A stretch of 64,000 bases of DNA, from positions 19,592,001 to 19,656,000 of the forward strand of contig NC_135883.1 in assembly GCF_964194155.1 (NCBI RefSeq), read 5' to 3'. The notes under the pieces are model-generated. The model did not search any database. It was not told the origin of the DNA and was given only the letters and a program-made list of their open reading frames with translations. Made by a program: the position numbers and the translations under genes. Below, piece by piece: positions 15,001 through 30,000 of the stretch (position 1 is the first letter of the stretch; each line of letters starts with the position of its first letter). This DNA comes from Cetorhinus maximus. Taxonomy: Eukaryota.

Positions 15001-18000
15001 CCAGTATTCCTCCAAATTCAAAATGTTTTTCAGCCTCTGTCACCCATTGTCAAGGTGCCTTCTCACTAGGTATAAATTCTTGGGCAGCTATGTCAAGTAA
15101 CTTTTCAACATAGCATAAGCTCAGAATCTCAAATATCCTGGCGAATGTTAGATGACATTGGTTTCCTTTTGTAGTTCTATATGGAACATACTCCATGAAA
15201 TTGATATAGTTGAACACATTAGCATTACAATTTCTATATTTTTTGCAGATGATTAAGCTGTAAGGTGCCTTTAGCATAAACATTGGTATAGAGATAAATA
15301 TCTTGTTCATATGTACAATGTTCTGCCACCTCCTTCCCCCCCCACCCCCCCAAATCTGTTTCCCTCAATCTAAAGGTGATGCTTACCCTTTAGATGTTGT
15401 GTCAGCTGTGGCTCATTAATAACACTCGCGCCTCTATGTCAGAAGGTTATGGTCTGAAGTTCCATTCCAGAGACTTGGCACTTCACTGCAATACCGAGCG
15501 AATTCTGCACTTTCGCACGCGTTGTTTTTGGATGAGGCGTTAAATCTAGGCTCCATCTCCCTTCTCAGGTGGACATAAGATTCTGTGGCACAGTTCAAAG
15601 AACAATAATGGAGTTCCCTTCAGTGTCCTGACCAATACTAATTTCTCAAGCGGTGAGAGCAGATTATCTGGCCATTATCTCATTGCTATTTGTCAGACCT
15701 TGCTGTGTGCAAATTGGCTGTTGTATTTCAGACAATACAAGTATTTATGGACATAAGTGCAAAAATTATAGAATTGCATGCCAATTTGATCTTGGTGGCA
15801 ACCTCCTGGGAGAAGTGGTTTGTTAAGAGCTGAGTATCTTCGAAGAGAAAATTGTGGGCAGTTTCCACTGAATTCAGTCAACAAAAGCCGAGGGCCAGAT
15901 TGCATGCTTATTTGTTAGGGACTTGAGAGTCAGAAAATTATTGAAAAATTGCAGTGGGAAAATAATATTTTTTGCAGTAGGTCATGAAATTAAATCAACA
16001 CCAGCATTTCTACGATGCAAAACCAAAATTAATGTTAACAAATATTTACCAATGGATGTTTTGAATCTTAAGATGCAGTGTCTATTCTATTTAAGAGAGC
16101 ATTTTGGCAAATTTGTACATTCATGAATTTACATGTATCACATGCTCTTGTATAGATTGATTTCCAATTTGTATAAGACCCGAGAACAAGCTTGTGTGTT
16201 CTAACTCTTGTTCAAATGAACATGTGTTCTTGAGACTTCATGTTTTGCTTGCATTGATTCAACTTTTCGTTAATTTTTTTTCCATCAGGCAGTACTTTGA
16301 TGTTTTGGAAACATATAAGAATGTCAAAAGCCAGATCAAGAACCTGAAGAAGTTTATGCAGCTGCTTGATAAAATAATGGAGGAAAGGCACAAAGCATAC
16401 AAAATATTTAGGAGGTAACAGATTCATTTAATTTGATCTATTTATTTTGAGTGTCATAACTGTTGGTGCATTTCATTCCTTAATGAAATACCTTTTCACT
16501 TGCGTTAGTCCCGTAAGGCCTGCAGAGTTATACTTGCTCTACTCAGTCATGCTGTAGTTTCCCTCGTCTGAATTGGCAGTTCTGCACAAATTCATTATCT
16601 TTTTGGTGCATAGTGATGGCCTGGGTCTTGGAAAAAACTGAGTACAAAAACTGGATCTTATGTGTGATGCTTGTTACCTGATTATACTTAACAGTATTTA
16701 CTAATTTTGGTCTACAAGCTCAGAGAGGTACAGGGCACAAGACTGGTGTTAAGTAAGTTGATGGGACATTTGAGCAACCTACATTTGACAAAGACTAGTT
16801 TCAGTTGTATTGGATTTAAAACTCAGCCTTTCCAGCATTTGGTCTTAACATTCTGGCAATACACTCCAGGTCTGTCAACATTTGTACAGAGAAACGATGA
16901 GTTAATATTTCATTGTAAACCTGCTATGTATTTCCATGGTTGCTGTTCTTATTTCAGATATTCAACAGTTGAAGTTCTTTTTCCGCTGCTTGGTTTGTCA
17001 TGCTGAAAGTAGAGTATCTGAGCTGAAGTGCTTTAGTTGTTTTGTGTATTTCATATTGATTTCTTGTCTTGATGTGTATTTGGGAGCATATGAACAATAG
17101 GCCTTGCAGCTTCTCAAGTTTGTCCCATCGTTCAGTTAGGTCATGGTTGATCTGTATGTCAACTCCATTTTCCCACATTGGTCATATATCCCCTAATGCT
17201 ACCAAAAATCTGACATTCCTGGAGTCAACTGGGTGGATCACCCCAGGGTTAGCAGCTGCTCTCCCCTATGGGTGCCTGAGGGACCCTGGCTGACTCCTTG
17301 AGAAAGGGCAACTTTGGTTTTATTCACTCGTGGGATGTGGGCGATACTGGCTAGGCCAGCATTTATTGCCTATCCCTAATTGTTGCCCTTGAGAACTGAG
17401 TGGCTTGCTAGGTCATTTCAGAGGGCATTTAAGAGTCAACCACATTACTGTGGGTCTGGTGTCACATGTAGGCCAAACCAGGTGATGATGGCAGTTCTCT
17501 TCTCTCTCCTCCTCTCTCTCTCCCCACCCCGCCCCAAAGGGCATTAGTGAACCAGATGGGTTTTTATGACAATCAACAATAGTTTCATGGTCATCATTAT
17601 TGAATTCAAATTTCACCATCTGCCGTGGTGGGATTCGAACCTCTGAACCCAGAGCATACCCTGGGTATCTGGATTACTCGTCCTGTGACAATACCACTAC
17701 ACCACCAACTCCCCTGTGAGATCAAGCTGTCCTGCACCACACTCGTATTGACACTGTTGGAGGCCAACAATAGCTTCATCAATGGAGTTCAGCCCGCGCA
17801 GCAGTGCAGGACTAATGGCCTAGACCAAGGTCTCCATGGCGGCCGCCATCCTGCCAGTGTTGACCCCAGTGTGTTGGCATGACAGCACGATCACCTCGGA
17901 CTGAATGCAGAGGGACTCCCTCATCGTTCATTGCAATTTGAGGACTGCGGTTGAAATCTCTTCCTAATGTTTCCATCCTTGTTGCAGAGCTCCAGGAACT

Positions 18001-21000
18001 AATTTAGGACCGAGTCTGGAGGCTCGTCATTGGACTCGGACTTAGCAGAATTGCCTCCACAGTCCTTCGAGTGCCGCCGACCTCAGATGCCTCTGCATCC
18101 GCCTGCTGTGAACCAGATTGTGTGCTGTGCTGACCAGATTGTGATCCTGAGCCTGCTCTAGATCTAGGCCCCACCGAGGTGTATGTCTCTGCACTGCTGG
18201 ATGGTGTGGGTGAGCACTGTGACGGGCCTTCAACTGTGCTGTCCTCAGGGTCCTCATCAGAGGTGCTCTTGGGGCTAGAGCCAGGGTCCTGATTGCCTGA
18301 GGGCACCAGGTGCATGGCAGATGTGCCTAGGAGAGAAAGTGGAGATTACCAGTGCATTGGCATCCGAGTAACACACATCACAATGCACTCACAGTAGCGT
18401 TGACAGAGGGATGATCTGGTGCAGGATCCTCAAGTGGTGCTTGCCGCCGACCTCACCAGGAACAGTCAACGCCATCTCCCGCCTGCACGATAGCTCTTCT
18501 CGAAATTATGGAGGACCTTGAGTTCCAGCACATCGCCTCCAGTCTGGGACCTCTCCCTTTTATTGTGTGATCTTGTCCTGCATAAAGACCAATGGAAAGG
18601 GTGTGAGCATTATATATGGCAGGGCAGATGAGAAGGATGGCTGGCATTTGTGAGAAGCTTGTGGAGCCATGGGCGTAATGAGGACAAGATCAAAGGGGAT
18701 GAGTCCATATGAAGATGTGAGTGTGGTGTTGCCCATTGAGCTGGCAGTGAGTAAGATCCCCGTGGATGTGTGATGGCCTTGAGTTGAGAGTGATTAGGTG
18801 GTTGACTTACCGTAGCAGAACGGATGAGATCATTAAACCTCTTTCTGCACTGGATGGCTGACCTCTTCTGGGCAACATTTGCACTGACCACCACTGCCAC
18901 CATCTCCCAAGCTGGATTGATGATATTACTGCACCCCCCTGCAGCCAGAGTGGGAGTAGAAGACATCAAGGCAGACCTCCATGGCGTTGAGCAGATGCTC
19001 AAGTGAGTCATCATTATTAAACCTGGGTGCAGCACTCTTCTTAGGTTTTGGGGCCTCTTCAAGGGAGCTGCCCTGGGTTGCAAGCATTGAAACTGTGCGC
19101 ACTGTGGCTGTTTAAATATGGCGCCCGGAGTGAGAAAGTGGTAAGGTCACATCGGGACAGGCAAACAGGAGGCCGCCCACCAGCAATCCAGTGGGTTTCA
19201 CAAGGATACGTAATTAATGAGGCGGGACGGGGACAATGTGGTGTGAAAACCCGCCATTGCAACTGGTTGGATTTTCACAATCGTTACCGCACAAAGGAAC
19301 CATCACCATAATGATGAAAACGTTTTTTGTGTGGTGAGTGTTTAGGATCCGGAATGCACTGCCTCAGTGTGGTGGAGGAAGATTCAATCCTGATTTTCAA
19401 AAATGAATTGGGTGAGCACTGAAGAGAGAAATTTGTAGGGCTACGGGGGAAAAGGCAGGAAAGTGGGACTAGTTGAGTTGCTTTTGCAGTGAACTGGCAC
19501 AGACATAAGGGCTGAACAGCCTCCTCCTTTGCTGTAACTGTCCTACAATTCTAAGTGTAACAATCTCTATTACTGACTCTGTCAAATTTATTGCTTCTGT
19601 CCCTCAGGAGCATCGTGGATAAAGCTTTGTGAAATTTCCCATTCATCACATTTGAACAAAATTTCATAATGTTAGTGCAGCCCTGCAGCCTACACTTGTG
19701 GCTCTGATCAGTTCCATTTCAGGTAGCACATGTTCCCAACAGCATGTGAAACACCTCATTCTTCAAAGTGTGTTTTTATTTATGAATCCTTTTAATCCCA
19801 CATTAGAGCATTCTTCAAAAACATGTTCTTGTGTTTTCGTATGAAATGTATTGAACCAGTTTATTCATGAGATGGATTCTCAATTAACGTTTAATAGTGT
19901 TTACAAGGTCTGGGAAGATGTGATACAAGTAGGACTGTATAGGACTGACCCACTGTTTCTAGCATTCTGCATGTTGAAAGCAGATCTCCGGTCACTGATT
20001 AATAGTCTAATTTTTCAAGTCTATTATAACTATAATATCCAAGCTTTGACACCATCCCCATGATGCACTGCATATGTTCTGTCTCGAGTATCCTTTCTGT
20101 AAGGCAGTGCCTAGAAATATATGCAGTATATGACTGGCCTAACTATTGCTTTGTCCACATTTGCTCTTTACTTTTGTATTCATTACTAATGTATGTAAAA
20201 CCCAGAATCTCATTTTTTTTCTTTTAATGGCTTTCTCCCCCATCTACAAACTTTTGATTAAAGCATCCATCACCTTCTGCTACCCATCACTTCCACTGTC
20301 TTTGCTGCCAGACAACTTGTCAAGCATCAGTCTTGGATGAGCTGCAATTTCTCCCAGCTAAGTTTTGGAAGATCAAAGCTGTCATCCTCAGCCTCTGCCA
20401 TCAACTCTACATGCTTGATACCAACTCAAGTCCCCACCCCAGCCACTATCTCAGATTAATGCAGACTGCTTAAAAACTTGATGTATTTTACCTTGAACTG
20501 CATATCAAATTTCATATTCTTTGCATTTCAAATGCTGCCTAGTTCCATCTATAAACATTACCTATCTCTTTGCTGCCTCAGTGCACCTGAAATCCTTTTC
20601 CATATCTTTGTCACTTCTAGACTAGATTAATGAAATGCTCTCCTGCCCAGTTTCCAACCTACACCTATCTCTGTAGCCTGAATTCTATCGCTCATGAGTC
20701 CAACTTGCCTGCTATTACTTGTTTTGCTGACTTAGATTCTTCCCAGCACCCCCAATATCTCAAATTTAGAATTTATCATCCTTGTATTTATGGTATTGCG
20801 CCTCTCTTTTCTATAATTTCCTCCAGTTCTGCAACTACCTGTCTCTGGATTATCTGTTCCTTTGCTCTCTAGCGCATCCTCTGCCCCTCACCATTGCTCC
20901 CCACCCAGTTAGGCCGCATACTCTGGAACTCCCTCCCAAACGCCTCCAGCATCCTATTTTCCTTTCAGATACCTTAAAACCCAGCCCTGACCAAACCTTT

Positions 21001-24000
21001 GGTCATCCCTCCTAATTATCACCCATGACTTAATGTTAAACTTTTGACTATGTCTCTACAAAATGCCTTGGGACATTTTCCTACATTTAAAGCTGCTATA
21101 TAAATGCATGATAATGTTGAAAAGCTGTTTCAGACACACATCTAAACATTGTATTTGTACTTGAATCAAGTGGTTCAGCTCCGTTCATTTAACTGCCACA
21201 AAAGGCTGAATAATATTTGAAATAATGCAGCAAGCATGATTCGTGAGTTAAAGTGGTCTACTTACTGTGACAATTGAAGAAATTACTATCAAATTAATTC
21301 TGCAACAACTTCACTGAATTGCAAGGGGGAAAAACAAGACAATTGCTTTGCTTTTGTTATGCTCATGTGCACATATTCACATGAGATGTAAAAATATGAA
21401 ATGATATGACTTTAGAAAATCATGTACTACACTAGATTACTTAAAAATAATCCACTTGGCACATTTATTAAATGTATTCCTGATATATTTCTGTATTAGC
21501 TTTTTTTTAATTGCCTGTCTCATAGACTGTATACAATATTATAGGCTCATGTTTTCATTTATTGTATCTACGGTTCCTTTTGGCTTGATTTTTCATTTCC
21601 CACGTCCCTGTCGCAGCTCCTAAAGGCGATTGCTTGCTGAAACTAAGAGGGTGGAGAAAATGACAGAATCCAGAGATGAATGCCTTGTGGTAGTATGGTG
21701 ATGGCTCCTGCAAAATCCTGATACCATCATATTTTGAAACTTTTAACTAATTCTAGCAATCAGTTAATGTGCTCCTTAAAGGATTGAAGGGCTGCATGTG
21801 TTTTGTGTCTGCTCTATGATGGAAATGTCAGTAACATTTATTTTCAATTTGTGCTTGAATTAAATAGATACATTTCTCTTCGCTGCAAGTATTATTTTGA
21901 TTCTATGCTTTCCCAGCGAGGTTACCATGGGAAAATGAGCTTCGACCATAAGAGTGCAACACTTTCAATTGCAGTGAGTTATTTAAAACTTATTCTGTGG
22001 CTTTTTTAAACAAATATGAAGGAGCTAACTCCACAAATCCAGAGCAAAAGCAGAAATGCAGTGTTCAGAAATATTGAAGGTTACAGTTCGTTTTTAGCTT
22101 TGCAAAATCCTTCAGGATTTTTATCAAGGGATGAACAAACATTGGACAACACTGCGATTAAATTGTGAGCTTATAATTAGAAAGCTGGAAGAATGGAGCA
22201 CTGAATCGCCATCAAAAAAATCTTGAATTAAATTTTATTATTTACTCTTGTGCAGAAAATAGGTTTCACGGATCTGTGGCAAAGATGACTGAGATTTGTG
22301 TGTCAATAGTGTTAGCACCATGTAAGGGAGTTGTCCATCACTCTTCTGATGGAAGAGTTCACTGAAAATGCTTAAAGAGCAAACAATATAACAGAAGAAT
22401 GGAGGCCATAGTGGCCATGTGAATTTGGCTTCACTGGCACCACCTTAACTCAGTGATGAAAGTTTACATGAGGCAACAAGTGTATGCTCAAGCTCCAATC
22501 CGTAAACACAATCTAGGCTGACACTTCAGTACAGTACTAAGACTGTGCTGTAAGTGCGTGTGAAATATTCCATGGTACCAAAAGAAGTGCAGAGGCTTTT
22601 TTCCTGTCCTGGCCTATATTGATCCCTCAATCAACAGCACTAAAATAGGTGAACTATTCATTTTATCCCACTGCGATTGGTGGGACCTTATGTGCAAATT
22701 GCTTGCTGTTAAAACAGTGACTACATTTTAAAAATGCTTCATTGGCTTTGAAGCGCTTTGAGGTGTCCTTAGGACATGAAAGGTGTTACATAAATGCAAG
22801 TACCTGCTTTCACTATTCTTCCTGCTGGTGAAGATTAACTTCTGATTTAAATGAAGTGGCTCTATTAATAAAAGCAAAGTTCTGTTGTTCTTTATTAATA
22901 TGACAATCTCCATTAATGATTCAAGCAGTAGTAAATTTTGTCCCCACATATTTTGTTAGGAACTTTGTGAAGCATCAGCTGTAACCCTTTATGCTTGAGC
23001 CGTAAAAGTAAAATCAAGCTCAGTGTGTAGCACATACTGACATATTGACTAAACCTGTTGCTGTTTTACCGATGGCCCATAAATCTCTAAACAAAGGGGA
23101 GAGTTTTCTCTCCGTCAGGCGGGCCAGTCGGGAGCAGGCACAGAGCCAATAGCCACCCGCGATTGGCTGCGCACCGCCATATTACGTGGGCAGGCCAATT
23201 AAGGTCTGCCCAGCGTGATGTGCACCCGGAAGCGCTCAGTGCTACCTGTACGGGCCGGGGGGGAAGAGTGAGAATCGGAGCCTGTGCTCTTTCACGCATG
23301 CACTGCCTCAGAGAGATTAAGTTTAGAATGAAAAATTTTTTAAATTATTCAGACATGTCCCCTCATGTGACATTGTCACATGAGCTGGAACATGTTTATG
23401 AATTTTCATGAAACATTTTATTGAATTAATAAACCCTTCATGAAACCTCATCCTGCCCGTGGATGAGGTTCCATGAAAAATGTGAAGGCCACCAACCTTT
23501 AATTAGTTGATTAATGGCCTTAACAGGCCTTTGACAGTTCAGCAGTCGCGCAGCTGACACCAGCGCATGCCTGCTGAACTGAAGATCGGAATGACGCGCG
23601 GTGACGTTGGGGGACACACCCGACGTCACCGCGTGTCATTTTACACATCGGCGTGCGGGGCCCGTGCCCACACACCAAAAAGATTCTGCCCAAAGTTTTC
23701 TTTATTAAAACCCTGTCGTTTTCTGCGTCATCTACTTATTAGCAACCTCAAATACATGAATTCACTCCATCAGCTGTAATTTGCACACTGCAAACAGCAA
23801 AGTGATAATAACCAGATAATCTGTTTTTGTGATGTTGATTGAGGGATAAATATTGGCCAGGACATTGGAGAGATAACTCTCCTTTTTATTCTTCAAAATA
23901 GTGCCATGCGACCTTTTACATGTGAGAGGGCAGACGTGGCCCAAATTTAACATCGCTTCTGACACCTCTGGCAATGCAGAACCCCCTCAGTGCTGCACTG

Positions 24001-27000
24001 GAGTGTCAGCTTAGATTGTTGTGCTCATGCCCTGGTGTGGAACTTAAATCCACAACCTTCTGACTTGGGTAAGAGTGCTACCCACTGAGCTACTGGCTGA
24101 CACTATAGATGCAAATTTTAAGTTCATTGGGTCAGAGCAACAGAATGGGCAGTGAAGTCAGTTTTACTTTAATTTGTTTCAACTATCTTGATATGCTTTT
24201 TTTCCCCCTTGTTATTTCTAATTTTGTTTTTCTCTATTTCTTGATGAAAATGTTTTATTTTCCTTTAAAGTCTAAAGTTCTTATCTCTAGTAGAGCTCAG
24301 TCTTTGATTACATATTGGTCTTTACCCAAAGGAAAGTGTGAAAGCTTCAGCTGGAGTTGGCTACTAAATATGTAGTGTACTAGTTTCTTCCAGTCTTCAC
24401 GCAGTCAATATAATGTATTAAAAAACATGTCGGGCTAACTTTTGTCCTCTGGTTCAATTCTTCCTGTTGTTATGAAATTAGTTCCTTGAGTTCCACTAAC
24501 TGTCATTGGGCGTTAAAATAAGTCATTATTTCGTAGTTTTGGACTAATTTTACCCATGTAAATCTATAAAGTTGGGAAGAGAAACCACAGGGCATATAAA
24601 CCCCCCAGTGCCTTAAACTAAGGAATATGATGTGACTTAATATTTAAAAGAGATGAGCTCAAGACAGCAGAGGGCACCAAAGCAACACTGGATACTATAT
24701 TAATTGATGGATTTTTAAAATGTTATTTTGGGAGTTTTTACTTGCTATGAATTATTTCAGGATGATTAATAAAGCAAACTTATGATTTAGCCTGGCATTG
24801 AGAAATTTTAAGTGGGAGGTGTGACAAATGTTTGTTGCGTCGCGTTATGTTACAACTATTTATATTAATATCTTTTTGTTTAAATTTCAGCTGAGCAATG
24901 CATTAAGATTTTGAGGAAAAAATGCCTACTTATAAGATTTTCTTTGTCCATTGCCTTGGGGACATGTAGATAGCTTCCGTCTGCATGTGCATAGCAGATT
25001 TACTAAATGTTTGATTGCCATGGCTATTGACAGGGGTTTTATACCGGAGAAAAATTCCAAACATCCTTTGTTTTGAGCCTGAACTAGTGAAATGACTCAT
25101 CAGACATGAGACCATTGCTTTTCTCCTTTCGTCCACTGGAGTGTAGGAAGTAATTAATGTTGGTTAATAGCCAAAGTGGCTTTTTGGAAGCATAACACAG
25201 GGGGGAAAAAGAAGAAACCACACTGATGGGTACTTGGACTGATTGGCCAGTGTTTACTTTAGAGACTTATGGGTGTCATCCCATAGTTCCATCCTACCGT
25301 TATTAAACCTGATGTTTCTAACCTTAAAAATAAAGGAATGCCATAGATGAATTCTTGGCTTTTTAGTCATTAGGAAGCCTTAACTGAGACAAAGCATGAG
25401 TAAGATAGTTGACAGTGCAAAGTACTGAATGCAGTACAGACCCCAAATGTAAATAGATCTGCAAATATTTCTGCTTTTGAACACTTTTGTAGGGAAGTTG
25501 ACAAAACAAAGGAAGAACAAAAAGTAGCAAATTAAAAATAATCGAGAAAGTTGAGCAGGAGGAAATCATTTTCTTGAAAGTTAAAAGCTTGCCCAACTAC
25601 AAACCATTTCAATAAACTGAGAGCAGCAACACCTAAAAGTCACCTGCTAACATTCTGCATATTTAAGTATTTGCAGCAGTGAAGAAAAAGACCATTGAAA
25701 TGCCACATAACATAATTAATATAATGCATCTGAAAGCCATGCTTTATAATTTTTGTTAGTTGTTTGTGCCGATTTGCATTTTGCTACTATCCTGCAGAGT
25801 TTTAAAAAAAAAACCTGTTAATTGAACAGGGATCCTTGAAATGCCAAGCAAATTGAAGTTTCTTTTGTATGGAAGAGGAATGATACCTTTACGTCAGTTT
25901 CTTTTTCCCAACAAGGGTTATGTTGCTTGGTATACATTTTGAAATCCATTTTGCTATAGATTTGAACTGCTTGCAAGAGTTTGTTTAGTATTAAATTGTT
26001 TTTCCTTCTATTATTTTTGCTGGATTTATTTGTATTTCACTCTATTGAAAATTTCTTACTTATTGAAGGTTCAGCCTGGAGAGGGCGACAAGGCAGCACT
26101 CAGTGACATGCGATCCCTTTCTGGTGGTGAGCGTTCGTTTTCAACTGTGTGTTTCATCCTTTCGCTGTGGGACACCATGGAATCTCCTTTCCGTTGTCTA
26201 GATGAGTTTGATGTTTACATGGTATGTTTATGTTTAGGCTCAGTTAATCTTTCAGCTAATAGAAGTAAAAACGGTGACATTTATTGCAACTTGTAGCTTT
26301 TAACTTGGTCACAATCCAGCCCTAGAGCATGAAAATACTGGAGCTTTTCCATTTCGAGCATGCAGTTATTTTGGGCTGAAACCTTAAATCATTATATTAA
26401 ACTAAATGTACATTTGTAAATTGTATTTGTTAAGTTTATTTTTAAATCTAGTTTGGACATTTTTAATATTATGGTCTCCTGCTAACTATCTGTAATGCTG
26501 ATGTACAGACGTTACTTTAGCTCTAAAACAGCATGTTTTTTTTCTGTAATATATTCATCATCTAGCATTGTTTAAAATATAATGAAGTTAATGGCCTTCT
26601 GGCTAAGTAGGGTGGTATGTTGACACGTTTTAGGTTTTTAAAAAAAAGTTGGTTGCGTTTTCTTCTGCTTCAACGGTGGGTATAAAACCATTGGGGTAAA
26701 GATTGCATCATGTTCAGCCATTAATATTCTATATTATTAACTCTCATTGTGAAATTGCCCATAACTTAGCAGCTTTTTTAAAAAAGAGCAAAATGACTGC
26801 TTGATGAAATTACTTGAGTATCTATAATACAAGCATACAACTAGTATTATATTCCACATGGATAACAGATATTGAGTGGGAACATAACTGACTGATTTTG
26901 GTTGGACTGCATGTGATGTTCCATTTTCACAGCTCTAAGTGCCTGCACTACCAGATTTCCCTGTGTTTGCTTAAATGACAAGTGCCCTGACTATATATCA

Positions 27001-30000
27001 GCTAATTGATTTATCATGGATTTATCACCCAGTTTTGGGTGTTTACTTGACTTTATCCCTTTAGAAAGACTTACTGACCACTGTTTGCACACGGAAGTGA
27101 CTCAACAAGAGTGTGTCAGGGATGCATCAGCAAGCAGCTGAGACTAAACGTCCCTGCGTGGTCAACACAAGTGACTTTTGTTTCTGAACTATTTCTGTTG
27201 AGCTGCTTTATTGAGCCTTATGGAAAAAGTGCACTAAGAAGATTGTGTACCTTACATCCTGGATCTTGGACAAGTTTTTTTGTCTGAAATAAATAATTCC
27301 AAAATTTTACCATCACTCTCATGAGCTGTCTGCCTTGAACTGTGGCTTGATGAATTGTCAGAACCTACTAGAAGAAGAGCTTTTTGTTTCAGGGTCATAA
27401 TTTGCCCTGTGATATTCTAGATGAAATATAACAAATCATTTATCCAGAAAATGACCCCCTCCCCTTAGCAATAACAGCTCAATCAACTTGACTTATGAGG
27501 GAAGAAAATGCGTGCACACACATCACAATCCAAATGAGGATTGTGACTTGTGAACAAGTGGTGCATGTTAGTCTGTCAACTCCTGAACCTCTCCCTTGTC
27601 ACTGAACACTATACAGACTGCTCCAGGATCCATGGAATGAAATACATTTGACACTCTTCACTTGAAGTCCTGCAGCCCTGGGAATCTTGCTCTGCAGACA
27701 TAGTTGGGTCACATTTTCAGGCTTCTATATTATTCTGCACATGCAACTTGCTGGTGAAGTATTCCTTGGAGAGTTGGTGAAAGTGACTGGTGTTAGACAG
27801 TTTTGGCACCAACCAGTAAAGTTTTCAATCAGATCCATGATTTGCCTCCTTAACGTGGTTTGTTCTATTGTATGTAGGAGCAGCTACTTAGTAAGTGTGA
27901 GTTATGTTCTTAGTTTAAAAAGATTTAAAACATGCTATGGAATTGAGATGGGTCCAGGGAAAACGAATCCTCTTGGTTGTTGATTTGGCTTTTCAGCCAA
28001 CCTAAACTGTATAGTGGTTTCTACCTTCTGTTGCAACCACCTTGTGGCATCATGATCAACAGTATTTTTTAAGATAATACCAAACAGAAATAACTCTCTG
28101 TAAAATTCAGTGATAAAGTACACATGCAAAATTTCTTACATGAGTTCTAGCTACAAAGTTTAGAAAAACAGACTTCTGACTTTTTTAAACAATTGAAAAA
28201 TCTACCTTATCCATGATGTGTAAAGTGTTATTTGAATTTTAACTAGTTACTATGGCAAATGAGCTACTTCATTCAGTCTTCAGGAAAGTCTGAGAATTAA
28301 ATACCTTTGACCATAGAAAATTAGTGTGTGCTGTATATAATATATATAGAAAGTATTTATTATGTACTGTATTTATACACATGTATATCTTTTTGATGTG
28401 TAAGCCATACATTCCTTTAACAAAGCTTTAAAAAAAAAGGCTGAGAACTCAGTTTAGTCATTCATTGGAGAATTTGTTTCTACATATGAAGGCACTCCAC
28501 CACTTCGCAGTTTTCCTGCTAAGTTACTTGTTCTTATGGATTTATTTCAGTATTAAATGCCTAAATCTGGAGCTTTCTCCGAATTTTGCTCTTGTGAATC
28601 TACTTTTACATTAGCATTTATATTCCTGTTCAATTGCAGGATATGGTTAATCGTAGGATTTCTATGGACATGATGTTAAAGGTGGCAAATTCCCAACGTT
28701 ATCGTCAGTTCATCTTTCTTACTCCGCAGAACATGAGGTATGTACTCTTCTTCCATGAACTTGTATACTTCCATCTAAAGTGGCTATGTATATTAAAAGT
28801 AGTCATTTGATTGTATTTTACTGTAGCTTAGGGGTAGGACTAAATATCATTTAGTCCCACAGGTCTGGTCCGTCATTCAGTGAGACTGTGACTAGTCTGT
28901 GACGTAACTCCATATCCCCTTGCCCCTCAATACCTTAGGAGAACAAAAATCTCAGACTTAAAATTTACAATTGATCTTGCATCAGTTATGAGTTGTGGGA
29001 GAGCATTGCAAACTTTTACCACCCTTCATGTGTAGAAGTGTCCCCTAATTTCACTCCTGGAAGGTCTGGCTCTAATTCTTAGACTATGACCCCTAGTCCC
29101 AGACTTCAATTAAATTATTCCTTATCTTCTCAATTCCAGGGAGTACAACCCTAGTTTATGTAATCGTTCCTTGTAACTTAACCCTTGGATTCCAGGTATA
29201 ATTCTTGTAAACTATGCTATACTTCCCCCAAAGCCAATATATCCTTCCTAAGGAATAGTTCCTAAGCTGGCTCACAGTACTCTAGGATGTGGTCTAACCA
29301 GGGCTTTGTATAGCTGAAGCATGACTTCTACCCACTTGGAATGCTGGTCTTTATAGAGTACATTAGTCTTACTGATTATTTTCTGTACCTGTTCATGACA
29401 TTTTAATGATCTGTGTACCTGGACTCCTGAGTCTGTTTGGACCTCCATTCCTTCTAACTTTTCACTATTTTGGAAGTACCCGGCTCTATCCTTTTTAGAT
29501 CGAAAGTGGATGACCTGTATTTGTCTACATTGAAATCCAATCCACAGCTTTACCCATTTACTTAAGCTATCTACATGCCTCTGTAATTTTATGCCTCCAT
29601 CTGCATTACTGTCTATCTTTGTGACATCAGCAGACTTTTATCCCATCATCCAAGTCATTAATAAATATGGTGAATAGTTGAGGCCCCAATGGAGATCCTT
29701 GATGAGCACCACTATTCACATCCTGCCAACTTGAATACCAATCCATGATTCCTACTCTCTCCTACCTCAGTCAGTTTCCTTACCAAATCAGTAATCTGCC
29801 TTCACTTCAGCTTTTATGTTTTTCTATTTCCACCAGCATTAATATAACATTTAAGTTGAAACTGCTGCTAGGCTATACATATTTTCTCATAATATTTATG
29901 GCTGAAGTTGTTTTCCCTTCTATTTTTTCTCCTGCACCCCAGACCAACACTTCATGCCCTTTGGCATCTTGCCATTTTGCATTGTTACCAAGTGATCCAA

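Noticed and set aside
17620-17713. tRNA gene-like A/B boxes
   Set aside because: Head of a SINE; no cloverleaf or terminator supported.
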